Shown piece after piece: positions 8,650 to 17,787 of a stretch of DNA of 64,000 bases. Location of the stretch: the NCBI GenBank assembly GCA_963805305.1, contig CAWDTM010000008.1, positions 50,679 to 114,678 on the forward strand, written 5' to 3'. Made by a program: the position numbers and the translations under genes. The notes under the pieces were generated by a model. It had not been told where the DNA came from and made no database searches. It was given only the letters and a program-made list of their open reading frames with translations. The first letter of the stretch is position 1; the number at the start of each line of letters is the position of its first letter. The DNA is from an uncultured Chloroflexia bacterium. GTDB lineage: Bacteria; Chloroflexota; Limnocylindria; QHBO01.

Positions 8650-9041
8650 GGACGCGGGCGTCCTGTGCCGGCGGGCCAGGGCGCCGCCCGGCCCCGGGGA
8701 CGACCATCCGCGTCGCGCTCGAGCTTGTGGGCGCCCGGGGTGGGCGGGTCGTAGCGCAGGTGCTCGACCGGCTGACCCGCGACGAGGTGCCGGGCCACGA
8801 TCTCGTCCGCGTCGTCGGGGGTCAGGGCCGCGTACCAGGTTCCCTCCGGATACACGACCGCCATGGGCCCGTTGCCGCACTGGCTGAAGCAACCGGCGTG
8901 GTTCACGCGGACGCGATCACCCAGGCCGCGAGCCTTGACCAGGCTCTTCAGGCGGGCGTGAACCGCCAGCCCGTGACCATCGACCGTGGGGCACCAATCA
9001 CCGCCGGTGCAGACGAAGACATGGCGTTCGAAGACGGGCAT
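8646..9041 (-). CDS. Thioredoxin-like [2Fe-2S] ferredoxin
   Basis: ATG 9041. HVFVCTGGDWC...GCFSQCGNGPMAVVYPEGTWY provides four Cys ligands. Confidence 0.88.
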   Translation of the reverse strand: MPVFERHVFVCTGGDWCPTVDGHGLAVHARLKSLVKARGLGDRVRVNHAGCFSQCGNGPMAVVYPEGTWYAALTPDDADEIVARHLVAGQPVEHLRYDPPTPGAHKLERDADGRPRGRAAPWPAGTGRPRP

Positions 9042-9190
9042 GGGGACGAAACGTACTCCTGGCGGCAACCGAAAGTACCGGATGGTCGGACGGCACCCCA
9101 ACCTTACTATCCGATCAGGAACCGCGCCGACCGCACCCAACCCGACCGACGCGATCCCGATGCCAAGAGTGCCCCAGGAGTTCGCAACCG

Positions 9191-9376
9191 ATGATGACCA
9201 ACGAGGTAGGGAAGCTGCTGACGGCGACCGAGGTCGCCGAGATGCTGCACCTGCACGTGAACACGGTCAAGCGGCTCGGCGACCGCGGAGAGCTGCCGTT
9301 CTTCCGCGTCTGCAAGCGCGGGGACCGCCGCTTCCGCTACGACGACGTGCTGGACTTCCTGCGCCGGGCCAAATAG
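9191..9376 (+). CDS. Excisionase/BldC-like helix-turn-helix DNA-binding protein (HTH_17)
   Basis: 61 aa. LLTATEVAEMLHLHVNTVKRL.D.GELP...GDRRF. AGGAG SD. Confidence 0.85.
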   Translation: MMTNEVGKLLTATEVAEMLHLHVNTVKRLGDRGELPFFRVCKRGDRRFRYDDVLDFLRRAK

Positions 9377-9445
9377 CCCCGCGAATCACAAGCGGCCCGG
9401 CTCCCACGCCGGGGCGCCTGCGTTCCCTCCAGGGGGGCGCGCGAC

Positions 9446-9475
9446 GACCGCCGAGGTGCCGATCTCTCGGCGGTC
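9446..9475 (+). terminator. Hairpin downstream of the HTH gene (possible terminator)
   Basis: GACCGCCGAG-N10-CTCGGCGGTC perfect 10-bp stem; no U tract. Confidence 0.4.
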
Positions 9476-9516
9476 CTCGCATGTCCGGCCCAGGTTGTCG
9501 GTCATAATGCCGCCCC

Positions 9517-10680
9517 ATGACCGATGAACCCCGCCTGCGCCTGGCTGAGGGGCACCGTCTCCTCGACGCCAGCGACAACGACGCCGCGATCCGGATCCTT
9601 GCCTCCCTGACCGGGCACCCGGACCGCGAGCTCGCATCGGAGGCGTGGCTCCTGATCGGCACCGCCCGCTATCGGCTCGACGACGAGCCGGGCGCCCTGG
9701 TTGCCTGGCAGCAGGCCGCGGCCCTGGGCGGATCGAACGCCTGGCTGGGCTGGAAGAGCGTCGCGGAGCAGCAGGTCCGGAACGGGAACCTGGAAGAGGC
9801 GGTCGCCGCGTATCGCGAGGCCGACCGGCGTGCACCCGGCCCGGAGCGCGGGGCCATCGCGAACCGCATCGCCTGGCTGCTCAAGGAGACCGGCCACGAC
9901 TTCGCCGCCCGGCGCCAGTTCAACCGGGCACGCGGGTCGTACGGTGCGTATGCCGCGTACGTGACCTGGGGCCTCATTGCGATCAACGTCATCGTCTTCC
10001 TCATCGACGCCTCGATGGGCGGGAACCTGGGGAACATCTGGGGCGGATTCGGAGGCCCGCTGGTGCAGGCCGGCGCGGTGTACCAGCCGTACGTGGCGGA
10101 CGGGGAGTGGTGGCGGCTCATCACCTCCGCGTTCCTCCACCTGGGCCTGCTGCACATCGGCTTCAACATGTACGCGCTGTACCTGTTCGGGCCGATCATG
10201 GAGGACCTCTACGGGCACGTCGAGTACCTGGTCATCTACCTGCTCTGCGCCCTCGGAGGCTCCGTGCTCACCATCCTGCTCACGCCAACCCAGGCGGCGG
10301 CGGGGGCCTCCGGCGCCATCTTCGGGCTCTTCGGGGTGGGCTTCATGGTCTGGCGCCGCCGGCACCTGATCCTGAACCCCATGGCCCGCGCCATCCTGTC
10401 GCAGGTCGGGACGCTCCTGGTGCTGAACCTAGTCATCACCTTCACCATCCCCGGCATCAGCTGGACCGGCCACGTGGGCGGGCTCCTCGTGGGAGCGGCC
10501 ATTGGCTTCCTGATCCCGCCGGCGGGTGGAACCACGCTGGCCGGCATGTGGCGCACGGCATCGGGCGAGAGCATGGAACGCCCGTTCCCGATCCTGGCCC
10601 GGGTCGTGGTCTACGCGGTGATCCTCGCCATCCTGGTGGTTGGAACCTCCTGGGCCGTCCAGCCCGGGCGGTTCTTCTAG
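9517..10680 (+). CDS. Rhomboid family intramembrane serine protease with N-terminal TPR-like region
   Basis: GEWWRLITSAFLH, HIGFNM, GASGAIFG (catalytic Ser), GHVGGL (catalytic His), preceded by helical TPR-like repeats. Confidence 0.92.
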   Translation: MTDEPRLRLAEGHRLLDASDNDAAIRILASLTGHPDRELASEAWLLIGTARYRLDDEPGALVAWQQAAALGGSNAWLGWKSVAEQQVRNGNLEEAVAAYREADRRAPGPERGAIANRIAWLLKETGHDFAARRQFNRARGSYGAYAAYVTWGLIAINVIVFLIDASMGGNLGNIWGGFGGPLVQAGAVYQPYVADGEWWRLITSAFLHLGLLHIGFNMYALYLFGPIMEDLYGHVEYLVIYLLCALGGSVLTILLTPTQAAAGASGAIFGLFGVGFMVWRRRHLILNPMARAILSQVGTLLVLNLVITFTIPGISWTGHVGGLLVGAAIGFLIPPAGGTTLAGMWRTASGESMERPFPILARVVVYAVILAILVVGTSWAVQPGRFF

Positions 10681-10713
10681 GGGTTGCCACGGCGACGCGC
10701 CTAGAATCGGCGC

Positions 10714-11487
10714 ATGTGCTTTGACATCGATGCTCATCCGCCGCTGCCGCCCATCCACGGGGCCGCGCTCGACGCACGCGACCTGATCCTCACCTCGGCC
10801 GATGGGACTCGCGTTGCCGCCTACGCGGCCCGAGCGGCGGACGCCACCGGGGCGGGCATCGTGATCTGTCCCGACGTCCGCGGCCTGGTTCCGTACTACG
10901 AGGAGCTGACCCTGCGATTCGCGGAAGCGGGGGTCGACGCCATCACGTTCGACTACTTCAGCCGCACCGCCGGAACGGGCAAGCGGGACGCTGACTTCGA
11001 CTATCAGCCGCAGGTGGCGCTCACCCGGCCCGACACGCTGTACGCGGATGTTGCGGCTGCGGCGGCGCATCTCCGGACTCCGGAAGGCGGATCGGTGAGC
11101 CGCCTCTTCGCGGTCGGATTCTGCTTCGGCGGGCGGCTCAGCTACCTGCAGGCCGCGCGCCCGGATCTGGACCTCGCCGGCGTCATCGGCTTCTACGGCT
11201 GGCCCATCGGGACCCATCGGACCGGCCTGGCGTCCCCGGCGGAGATGGCGCCGAAGTTCACGTGCAGCGTGCTCGCCCTGTGGGGTGGCGCAGACCAGGG
11301 CATCCCGGCGGAGGCTCGCGACGCGTTCGACGCGGCCATGGATGCAGCAAGGGTCACGCACATCAGCGTCGCCTATGACGGCGCGACCCATTCATTCTTC
11401 GATCGGCGAGCGGACGAGTTCGCCGACGCGTCGGCGGATGCCTGGCGCCGGATGCTCGACTTCATGGCTGTCCCGACCCTGTCCTGA
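10714..11487 (+). CDS. Dienelactone hydrolase family protein
   Basis: GFCFGG nucleophile motif, GGAD, YDGATHSF. TAGAAT 6 nt before the ATG (leaderless). Confidence 0.92.
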   Translation: MCFDIDAHPPLPPIHGAALDARDLILTSADGTRVAAYAARAADATGAGIVICPDVRGLVPYYEELTLRFAEAGVDAITFDYFSRTAGTGKRDADFDYQPQVALTRPDTLYADVAAAAAHLRTPEGGSVSRLFAVGFCFGGRLSYLQAARPDLDLAGVIGFYGWPIGTHRTGLASPAEMAPKFTCSVLALWGGADQGIPAEARDAFDAAMDAARVTHISVAYDGATHSFFDRRADEFADASADAWRRMLDFMAVPTLS

Positions 11488-11494
11488 CGGCGGG

Positions 11495-12376
11495 TCAGAC
11501 CCGCGAGGGTGTCTGCTCGGTGCGTATGACCTCGGCCGGCTTCAGCGGGCGCAGGTAGAGCGTCAGCACCAGGCCGATGTACCCGAGCCACACGATCAGG
11601 CGCGTCCATTCCGGTGCGGCGGCGTAGCCGACCAGTGCGTGCAGGAACTGGCCGACGATCCCCAGCCCACCGCCGGCGTCGGGAAGCACGGTCGACAGGT
11701 CGAAGGCGGAATGCGTGCCGAAGCCGATCCATCCGATCTCGATGAACTCGTGCAGGGCGCTCGCGACCAGCCCGCCGGCCACGAAGACGAGGGCCACTCC
11801 GGTCCAGGTGAAGAAGATCCGCAGGTTGATGGCGCGAGACCCCCGGTAGAAGCCGATCCCCAGCACGGCGGCGATGGCCAGGCCGATGACGGCACCAACG
11901 AGAACCGAGAGGGCACCCTGCTCCGCCCGCGAGGCGGCGGTCGCCTGGCCAAGCAGGAAGAGCGAGGTCTCGATCCCTTCGCGAATGACGACGGTGAAGG
12001 CAAGGACGGCCAGTCCGGTGACCCGTCCGCCGGTGAGGGATCGGTCGACGGCGGCGCGCAGCTCGTGGCTCACCGACGTGGCCGTCCGCCGCATCCAGAA
12101 CAGCATCCAGGTCACGACGACGGCAGCCAGCAGCAGCGTCGTGCCCTCGAAGATCTGCTCCGCCGGCGATGGCAGCTCCTGGAGGGTGACCCACAGGACG
12201 GCGCCCAGGGCGGCGCTCAGGGCGATCGCCCACCCGACGCCGGCCCAGATCCGACCGAACGCCGAACGGTGCCCGGCGCGGGCCAGGTAGGTGAGGATGA
12301 TGCTCACGATGAGTGCGGCTTCGACGCCTTCGCGCAGCCCGGTCAGGAGCCCGGTCGTCAGTGATCCCAGATCCAA
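11495..12376 (-). CDS. FTR1/EfeU family high-affinity iron permease
   Basis: Two RExxE motifs (LREGVEA, IREGIET) and multiple TM helices. Probable TTG start at 12376 after GGGAG. Confidence 0.9.
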   Translation of the reverse strand: MDLGSLTTGLLTGLREGVEAALIVSIILTYLARAGHRSAFGRIWAGVGWAIALSAALGAVLWVTLQELPSPAEQIFEGTTLLLAAVVVTWMLFWMRRTATSVSHELRAAVDRSLTGGRVTGLAVLAFTVVIREGIETSLFLLGQATAASRAEQGALSVLVGAVIGLAIAAVLGIGFYRGSRAINLRIFFTWTGVALVFVAGGLVASALHEFIEIGWIGFGTHSAFDLSTVLPDAGGGLGIVGQFLHALVGYAAAPEWTRLIVWLGYIGLVLTLYLRPLKPAEVIRTEQTPSRV

Positions 12377-12453
12377 GAGCGTGCGTCTCCCGACATTCGT
12401 GCAAGGTGGCGGTGTCGCGGCTCCGCCGGTCCCTTCGTGGCCGGGAAGCACTC

Positions 12454-12489
12454 GCTGGTTAGGCTAGACAGAGGTCAGACGTTCGTCAA
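12454..12489 (-). promoter_or_regulatory. Sigma70-type promoter of the iron permease with an overlapping DtxR/IdeR-like box
   Basis: Minus strand TTGACG-17 nt-TAGCCT. TAGCCTAACC is a 10-nt contiguous match to the DtxR/IdeR consensus TTAGGTTAGCCTAACCTAA. Confidence 0.55.
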
Positions 12490-12610
12490 TACGAACTACC
12501 AGCGGCCAGGTCGGAAATAGACGGCTCGACACCGCCTTCCGGCCCGGGTCCGGCTGCGGCGCGTCTAGAATCGCAGAAGACGTCAACGACTCCTCCTGCG
12601 GAGACCTTTC

Positions 12611-13807
12611 ATGATCGATCTTTCGCTGACCGACGCGCAGCGCGAGGTGCAGCGGACCGCTCGCGCCTTTGCCGAGCGCGAGATCCTGCCGCGCATCGCC
12701 GACCTGGACAGCACGGCGACCTACGACCGCTCCCTCTTCGAGAAGATGGGCGCGGAGGGCTTCCTGGGCCTGCCCATCCCCGAGCGGTACGGCGGGGCCG
12801 GCATGGACTACATCGCCTTTGCGCTCCTCTGCGAGGAGATGGAGCGCGCCGACACCGCCTTCCGTGTCGTCTACTCGGTGCACACCGGGCTCAACTCGCT
12901 GACCCTGCTCCAGTGGGGGAACGAGGACCAGAAGCAGCGCTACCTGGTTCCCCAGGCCCGGGGCGAGAAGCTGGCCACGTTCGGGCTCACCGAGCCCGGG
13001 GTCGGCTCGGACGCGGCAAACCTGGCGACCACCGCGCGGCGCGACGGTGACCGCTATCTCCTCAACGGAAGCAAGATCTGGATCAGCCTCGCGGATACCG
13101 CGGACAACTTCCTGGTCTTCGCCACCGTCGACAAGAGCAGGGGCCACAAGGGGATCACCGCCTTCATCGTGGAGCGGGACTTCCCGGGCTTCTCCTCCGA
13201 CTCGCTCCACGGCAAGCTCGGCGTGCGAGCCGGCAACACGGGAATCCTCTACTTCGACAACTGCGAGGTTCCCGTCGAGAACCGGGTCGGCGAGGAGGGA
13301 GAGGGCTTCACCATCGCGATGAGCGCCATCGACCAGGGCCGCTATACGGTCGCTGCCGGCGCCGTGGGCCTCGCCGAGGCATGCCTCGGGGCGAGCCTGA
13401 AGTACGCTCACGAACGCAAGGCCTTCGGCGACGAGATCGGCCGCCACCAGCTGGTCAAGCAGATGCTGGCCAACATGCAGGCCGGCATCGAAGCCGGGAG
13501 GCTCCTCGTGTGGAAGGCCGGCTGGAAGAAGAACGCAGGCGAGCGCAACACGCGCGAGACGAGCCTGGCCAAGTGGTACGCCACGGACCATGCCGTCCAA
13601 TGCGCGCTCGACGCGGTGCAGATCCACGGTGCCTACGGATACAGCGCCGACTACCCCGTGGAGCGCTACCTGCGCAACTCGAAGGGTTCGGTGATCTACG
13701 AGGGAACCGACCAGATACACACGCTGCTCCAGGCGGACTACCTCCTGGGCTACCGCAGGGACCACCCGCTGCGCATGCCGCAGCCGCCGTTCGAAGGAGA
13801 GATGTAG
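12611..13807 (+). CDS. Acyl-CoA dehydrogenase family protein
   Basis: FGLTEPGVGSD, NGSKIWIS, KLGVRA, QIHGAYGY, IYEGT. Confidence 0.95.
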   Translation: MIDLSLTDAQREVQRTARAFAEREILPRIADLDSTATYDRSLFEKMGAEGFLGLPIPERYGGAGMDYIAFALLCEEMERADTAFRVVYSVHTGLNSLTLLQWGNEDQKQRYLVPQARGEKLATFGLTEPGVGSDAANLATTARRDGDRYLLNGSKIWISLADTADNFLVFATVDKSRGHKGITAFIVERDFPGFSSDSLHGKLGVRAGNTGILYFDNCEVPVENRVGEEGEGFTIAMSAIDQGRYTVAAGAVGLAEACLGASLKYAHERKAFGDEIGRHQLVKQMLANMQAGIEAGRLLVWKAGWKKNAGERNTRETSLAKWYATDHAVQCALDAVQIHGAYGYSADYPVERYLRNSKGSVIYEGTDQIHTLLQADYLLGYRRDHPLRMPQPPFEGEM

Positions 13808-13818
13808 CCGGAGGGGGC

Positions 13819-14805
13819 ATGGGGGACCGATCACGGCGAATCCTGTCGATAGACGGGGGTGGCGTCCGCGGCGTGATCCCCGCCGTCGTCCTCGCCGCGC
13901 TGGAGTCGAGGACCGGACGGCCGGTTCGCGACCAATTTGACTTTCTGGCGGGGACCTCGACCGGCGCCCTGATCGCGGGGGCACTGGCTGCGGGGATCCC
14001 GGCGGCGCAGGTGGTGGCGCTCTACGTGGAGCACGCGCCCGAGCTCTTTGCGCGGACGCCGGTGCTCTCGACGCTGGCCCGCATCCTGACCGGGCACATG
14101 TACGACGTGGAGCGGCTCCACGCGCGCATCCGCTCGGAGCTCGGGAGCCGATCGGCCGACTGGCGGCTTGCCGACGTTCCGGTCGACATCCTCGTCACCG
14201 CGAAAGGGCTCATCGACTCGCACCAGTGGTACTTCGTGAAGGACTGCCGCGGGCGGAACACGTGCCGAACCGGCAACCTGTCCCTGGCCGACTGCCTCAC
14301 CGCCTCGGCAGCGGCGCCCACCTACTTTGCACCATGGACGGTTCCCGGGCTCGAGGACCACGGCCCCATGGTCGACGGTGGAACCGGCGTGGCCGGCAAC
14401 CCCACCTACCAGGCCTGCGTCGAGGCGTTCGTCTACGCGGACGGATATCGGGCCGCGGACACGGTGATCGTCTCCCTGGGAACCGGCCTCTACCTGGACC
14501 GGTCGCGTCCGCGGTGGCTCTACGACTGGCTGGGCTGGCTGCTCGCGGAGCTGCTGCGCTCGCCGGGCGAGCAGCAGACCGAGCTCGTCAGCCGGCACTA
14601 CCCCGAAGCGACCTTCTACCGTCTCGACGTTCGCCTGCCGAGGGACTTCGCGCTCGACGGGGTGCGCGCACTGCCGGAGCTGCGGGCCATTGGTGAGCGG
14701 CTGGCGGATCGGATCGACTGGCCCGCGCTGCTGGACGGGACCGACACGACCTGGCTCGTCCACGACGGCAACCGACGCCCGGAGTCATACGCCGCGACGA
14801 TCTGA
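13819..14805 (+). CDS. Patatin-like phospholipase
   Basis: ATG 13819 after GGAGGGG. DGGGVRG, GTSTG, AAP, DGG motifs. Confidence 0.92.
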   Translation: MGDRSRRILSIDGGGVRGVIPAVVLAALESRTGRPVRDQFDFLAGTSTGALIAGALAAGIPAAQVVALYVEHAPELFARTPVLSTLARILTGHMYDVERLHARIRSELGSRSADWRLADVPVDILVTAKGLIDSHQWYFVKDCRGRNTCRTGNLSLADCLTASAAAPTYFAPWTVPGLEDHGPMVDGGTGVAGNPTYQACVEAFVYADGYRAADTVIVSLGTGLYLDRSRPRWLYDWLGWLLAELLRSPGEQQTELVSRHYPEATFYRLDVRLPRDFALDGVRALPELRAIGERLADRIDWPALLDGTDTTWLVHDGNRRPESYAATI

Positions 14806-15330
14806 TCAGGATCCGTCGCGCTCGTCGGGGTGAATGGGGACCATCCGGGAGGTGGGCCGCTCGTGGTGCGGGGTGAAGACAAGGAGGGCCGCCGCGGCAG
14901 CTGGCAGGAGCAGGGCCCCCGTCACCTCTCGCGGCCATGAGAAAGCGAAGGCGATGGGGTCCGGCCCGGCGAAGCCCGGGTACCGGAGGACCCCGAGCGC
15001 GGTGAGCCACCAGGCAAGGCCCAACCCCAGAACGGCCAGCCCGAGGAGGCGACGGATCCAGCTGCCCTCGACGATCGCGAGGAGCACGCCGATCAGCAGG
15101 GCAGCGGACGCGGCTCCGATCACCGCGCCGATCCCGATGGAGGTCCAGGGCTCGCGGCCACGCTGGTACGCGGAAAGCAGGGACAGGCCCGGATGGCTCA
15201 GGTACTCGACCCAGGCGTTGATGGCCAGGTCGGCCAGGCCCGCGAGGACCACGCCGAGAGCGAGATCGAGGGCGAGGGTGGCGCGTCGGAGGAAGGTCTC
15301 GAGACGATCCACGCGGTCAGCCGTCTTCAT
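14806..15330 (-). CDS. Hypothetical membrane protein (about 4 TM)
   Basis: 174 aa, hydrophobic. Start overlaps the end of the acylase gene, with GGAGG upstream. Confidence 0.7.
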   Translation of the reverse strand: MKTADRVDRLETFLRRATLALDLALGVVLAGLADLAINAWVEYLSHPGLSLLSAYQRGREPWTSIGIGAVIGAASAALLIGVLLAIVEGSWIRRLLGLAVLGLGLAWWLTALGVLRYPGFAGPDPIAFAFSWPREVTGALLLPAAAAALLVFTPHHERPTSRMVPIHPDERDGS

Positions 15331-17683
15331 CCGGCGCGCCTCCCGGCTCGAGGGTCAGCGTGTCCCGCGTGGCGGCCGCAACCTCGAGCTCCGTCCAGGG
15401 CATGGGAGCGCCGTCGCCCGCGAGCCACAGCTCGTACAGGTCCCGGTAGTGGCGCGAGAGCGGGTTGCCGCTCTGCCCGCCGGCCAGGGAGAAGCGGCTC
15501 GCAGCCGGATCGCCCAGGTCGATGACGCAGCGGGTATTTGCCAGGGCTCCCGGACGGCCGAACGGATCGAGCGGACCTGCCGAGACCTGCATGGGCGTAT
15601 TCGCGTCGCCCCCGATGGGGACCGGTCCCAGGTTGAAGATCCGGTCGAGCGGACGGCGCACGCCGATCGGGTGCTCCAGCGTGACCTGGCGAACGTGGCC
15701 CCATCCCCAGCCGGCGGGGTCGTCGCCGTGGTGATCCGCCAGCCAGCGAACCGTGCCTCCCAGCGCGGCGACCGACTCCGCCGTCCAGTCCGATCCGTCG
15801 AACCAGCCGTCCGGACGCTCGCGCAGCAGGCGCACGAGGCGGCTCATGGCCCGGGTCGAGAAGAGCGTGTACGGCACGACCTGGCCGAAGCCCGCGCCGA
15901 TCGCCCAGGACCACGAGCCGGGGGCCTTGGCGCGGGCCAGGCGCTGGGTGAGATCCGCGGCGAACCCCTCGTAGATCGCGGCGCCCGGTGAGTCCGCGGA
16001 CACCTCGCCGTCCCAAACCCGGAGAATCTCGAGCGCGCGAGCGGCATCGGGGTCCGCGGCCGCATCGACCGACAGGCTGAGCACGAAGTCACGAAGCTCG
16101 CGCCATGGCATGGAGGTGACGTCCATCTGGAGCCGCTGGGCGGCCGCGACGTCCCAGTCGAGCCGGTTCGACAGTGCCTCGACCAGCCGTGCGATGCGAT
16201 ATCCGTCGATGAAGTCGCTGCCCAGGAATGGCCCGTCGCCGTCCACGGTTGGCTTTCCGTTCGCCGAGGCGACCCACCCCGTATCCGGATCGAGGCTGTG
16301 GGGCATCTCGTGGAACGGCACCAGGTCGTCCTCCCACCCGTTCGTCGGATCCCAGCCGGGGAGCGGGACCGTCCCTGTCCCCGCTCGGCGGCGGGGAAGC
16401 TGTCCCACCAGCTGCCAGCCGATATGCCCGTCGCGGTCCGCGTAGACGACGTTGAGGGCCGGTCCGGGCCACTCCGCGAAGGCGCGCCGGAAGTCGTCGA
16501 AGGAGCTGGATCGGACGACGTCCAGAAACCCGCGGACCGGCAGCGGCCGAAGCCACACCGCGGACATGGAGAGCGCCTGGGGGATCTCCTCGGCGAGGAT
16601 GGCGGTGATCACCGGACCGCGCCTCGTCACGAGGATCCGCTCCTCGATCGGCTCGGCGCCCTTCACCGCGATCCGCTCGACCCGAGTGTCGCACGGCACG
16701 AAGGCATCCCCCTCCCGGACGGAGGCGCCATCCGGGCCGATCTCCTCGAGGAACAGGTCGGTGTTGTCGGTGAGCCCGGCGGTGATGCCCCACGCCGCGT
16801 GGCCGTTGGTCCCGATGGGGAAGGCGGGACCGCCCACGAACGAAGCTCCGGCGATCTCCCACTCCGGAGTTCGCAGGTGCGCGAGGTACCACGGCGCCGG
16901 CAGCGTGGGCGCGAGGTGCGGGTCGTTCGCCAGGAGCGCGGCCCCCGATGCGGTCCTGCGGCCCGCGATGGCCCAGTTGTTCGACGCGCCGCCCGTGGGC
17001 AGGGCGGCCTGGAGTGCCGCGAGGTCTGCTCCCAGGCGGTCGACGACCGCGGCCGCCTTCGCGCCGGGCGGTGCCGTCACCGGGAGCCAATCGGCATAGG
17101 CAGGATCCAGGGCGCGGACCGCGTCCGCGCCATCGGTCAGGAAGACCTTGAGGCGGGCGAGCTCGACGTCCCAGTTGCTCGAGAGGGAGAATGCCTGGAG
17201 GCCCACGAACGAGAGCACATCGAGCGCGGTCCATGGCGTTGGCTCGGCACGGAGCAGCCGCAGTTCGTGCGGTGCGCGCCGGAGCCCGTGTGCAAATCCG
17301 CCGTTGACGCCGGCCACGTAGCCATCCAGCGCGGCCAGCAGATCGGTGCCCAGGACGGCCAGCTGTGCCTGCGCAGTGCGGGAAAAGCCCAGACGCCGGC
17401 TCATGCGGTCGATAGGGATGCCGTCGGGGCCGATCAGCGCCGAGAGCGTCCCGGACCCCACTCTGCGGAGCAGCTCCAGCTGGAATCCCCGGTCCTGGGC
17501 ATGGCAGAAGCCCAGGCCGAACCAGGCGTCCGCGTCCGTCGACGCGTCGACGTGGGGGATGCCCCACCGGTCGCGCCGGATGGTGATCCGTCCATCCGTC
17601 CCGGACACGCGCAGGTGTCCGCGCGTGCGCGGGAGCCGGGTGCCCAGGACACGGAGGAGGAGGCCGGGCCAGTCGAACGCCAT
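15317..17683 (-). CDS. Penicillin acylase family (Ntn-hydrolase) protein
   Basis: RRDRWGIPHV, HAQDR, GASNNW (autocatalytic Ser), ANDPHL, GGQSG. No signal peptide. Confidence 0.93.
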   Translation of the reverse strand: MAFDWPGLLLRVLGTRLPRTRGHLRVSGTDGRITIRRDRWGIPHVDASTDADAWFGLGFCHAQDRGFQLELLRRVGSGTLSALIGPDGIPIDRMSRRLGFSRTAQAQLAVLGTDLLAALDGYVAGVNGGFAHGLRRAPHELRLLRAEPTPWTALDVLSFVGLQAFSLSSNWDVELARLKVFLTDGADAVRALDPAYADWLPVTAPPGAKAAAVVDRLGADLAALQAALPTGGASNNWAIAGRRTASGAALLANDPHLAPTLPAPWYLAHLRTPEWEIAGASFVGGPAFPIGTNGHAAWGITAGLTDNTDLFLEEIGPDGASVREGDAFVPCDTRVERIAVKGAEPIEERILVTRRGPVITAILAEEIPQALSMSAVWLRPLPVRGFLDVVRSSSFDDFRRAFAEWPGPALNVVYADRDGHIGWQLVGQLPRRRAGTGTVPLPGWDPTNGWEDDLVPFHEMPHSLDPDTGWVASANGKPTVDGDGPFLGSDFIDGYRIARLVEALSNRLDWDVAAAQRLQMDVTSMPWRELRDFVLSLSVDAAADPDAARALEILRVWDGEVSADSPGAAIYEGFAADLTQRLARAKAPGSWSWAIGAGFGQVVPYTLFSTRAMSRLVRLLRERPDGWFDGSDWTAESVAALGGTVRWLADHHGDDPAGWGWGHVRQVTLEHPIGVRRPLDRIFNLGPVPIGGDANTPMQVSAGPLDPFGRPGALANTRCVIDLGDPAASRFSLAGGQSGNPLSRHYRDLYELWLAGDGAPMPWTELEVAAATRDTLTLEPGGAPDEDG

Positions 17684-17787
17684 GCATCGCAAGCCTACCC
17701 CTTGCGATGCCTACGAATGTGGCATCCTTCGACCCCGCCGACCATGACCTGTACGCCGTTCGCCCAACGGCAGATTGGAGCGAACGG

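Noticed and set aside
9191-9376. Prophage or ICE remnant implied by the excisionase-like gene
   Set aside because: No integrase, att-like repeat, tRNA or compositional shift nearby.
12377-12455. Possible metal-sensing riboswitch (NiCo/czcD or yybP-ykoY) in the FTR1 leader
   Set aside because: Some anti-SD pairing is possible, but the conserved motifs of these families are not recognisable; a DtxR-like box explains regulation more simply.
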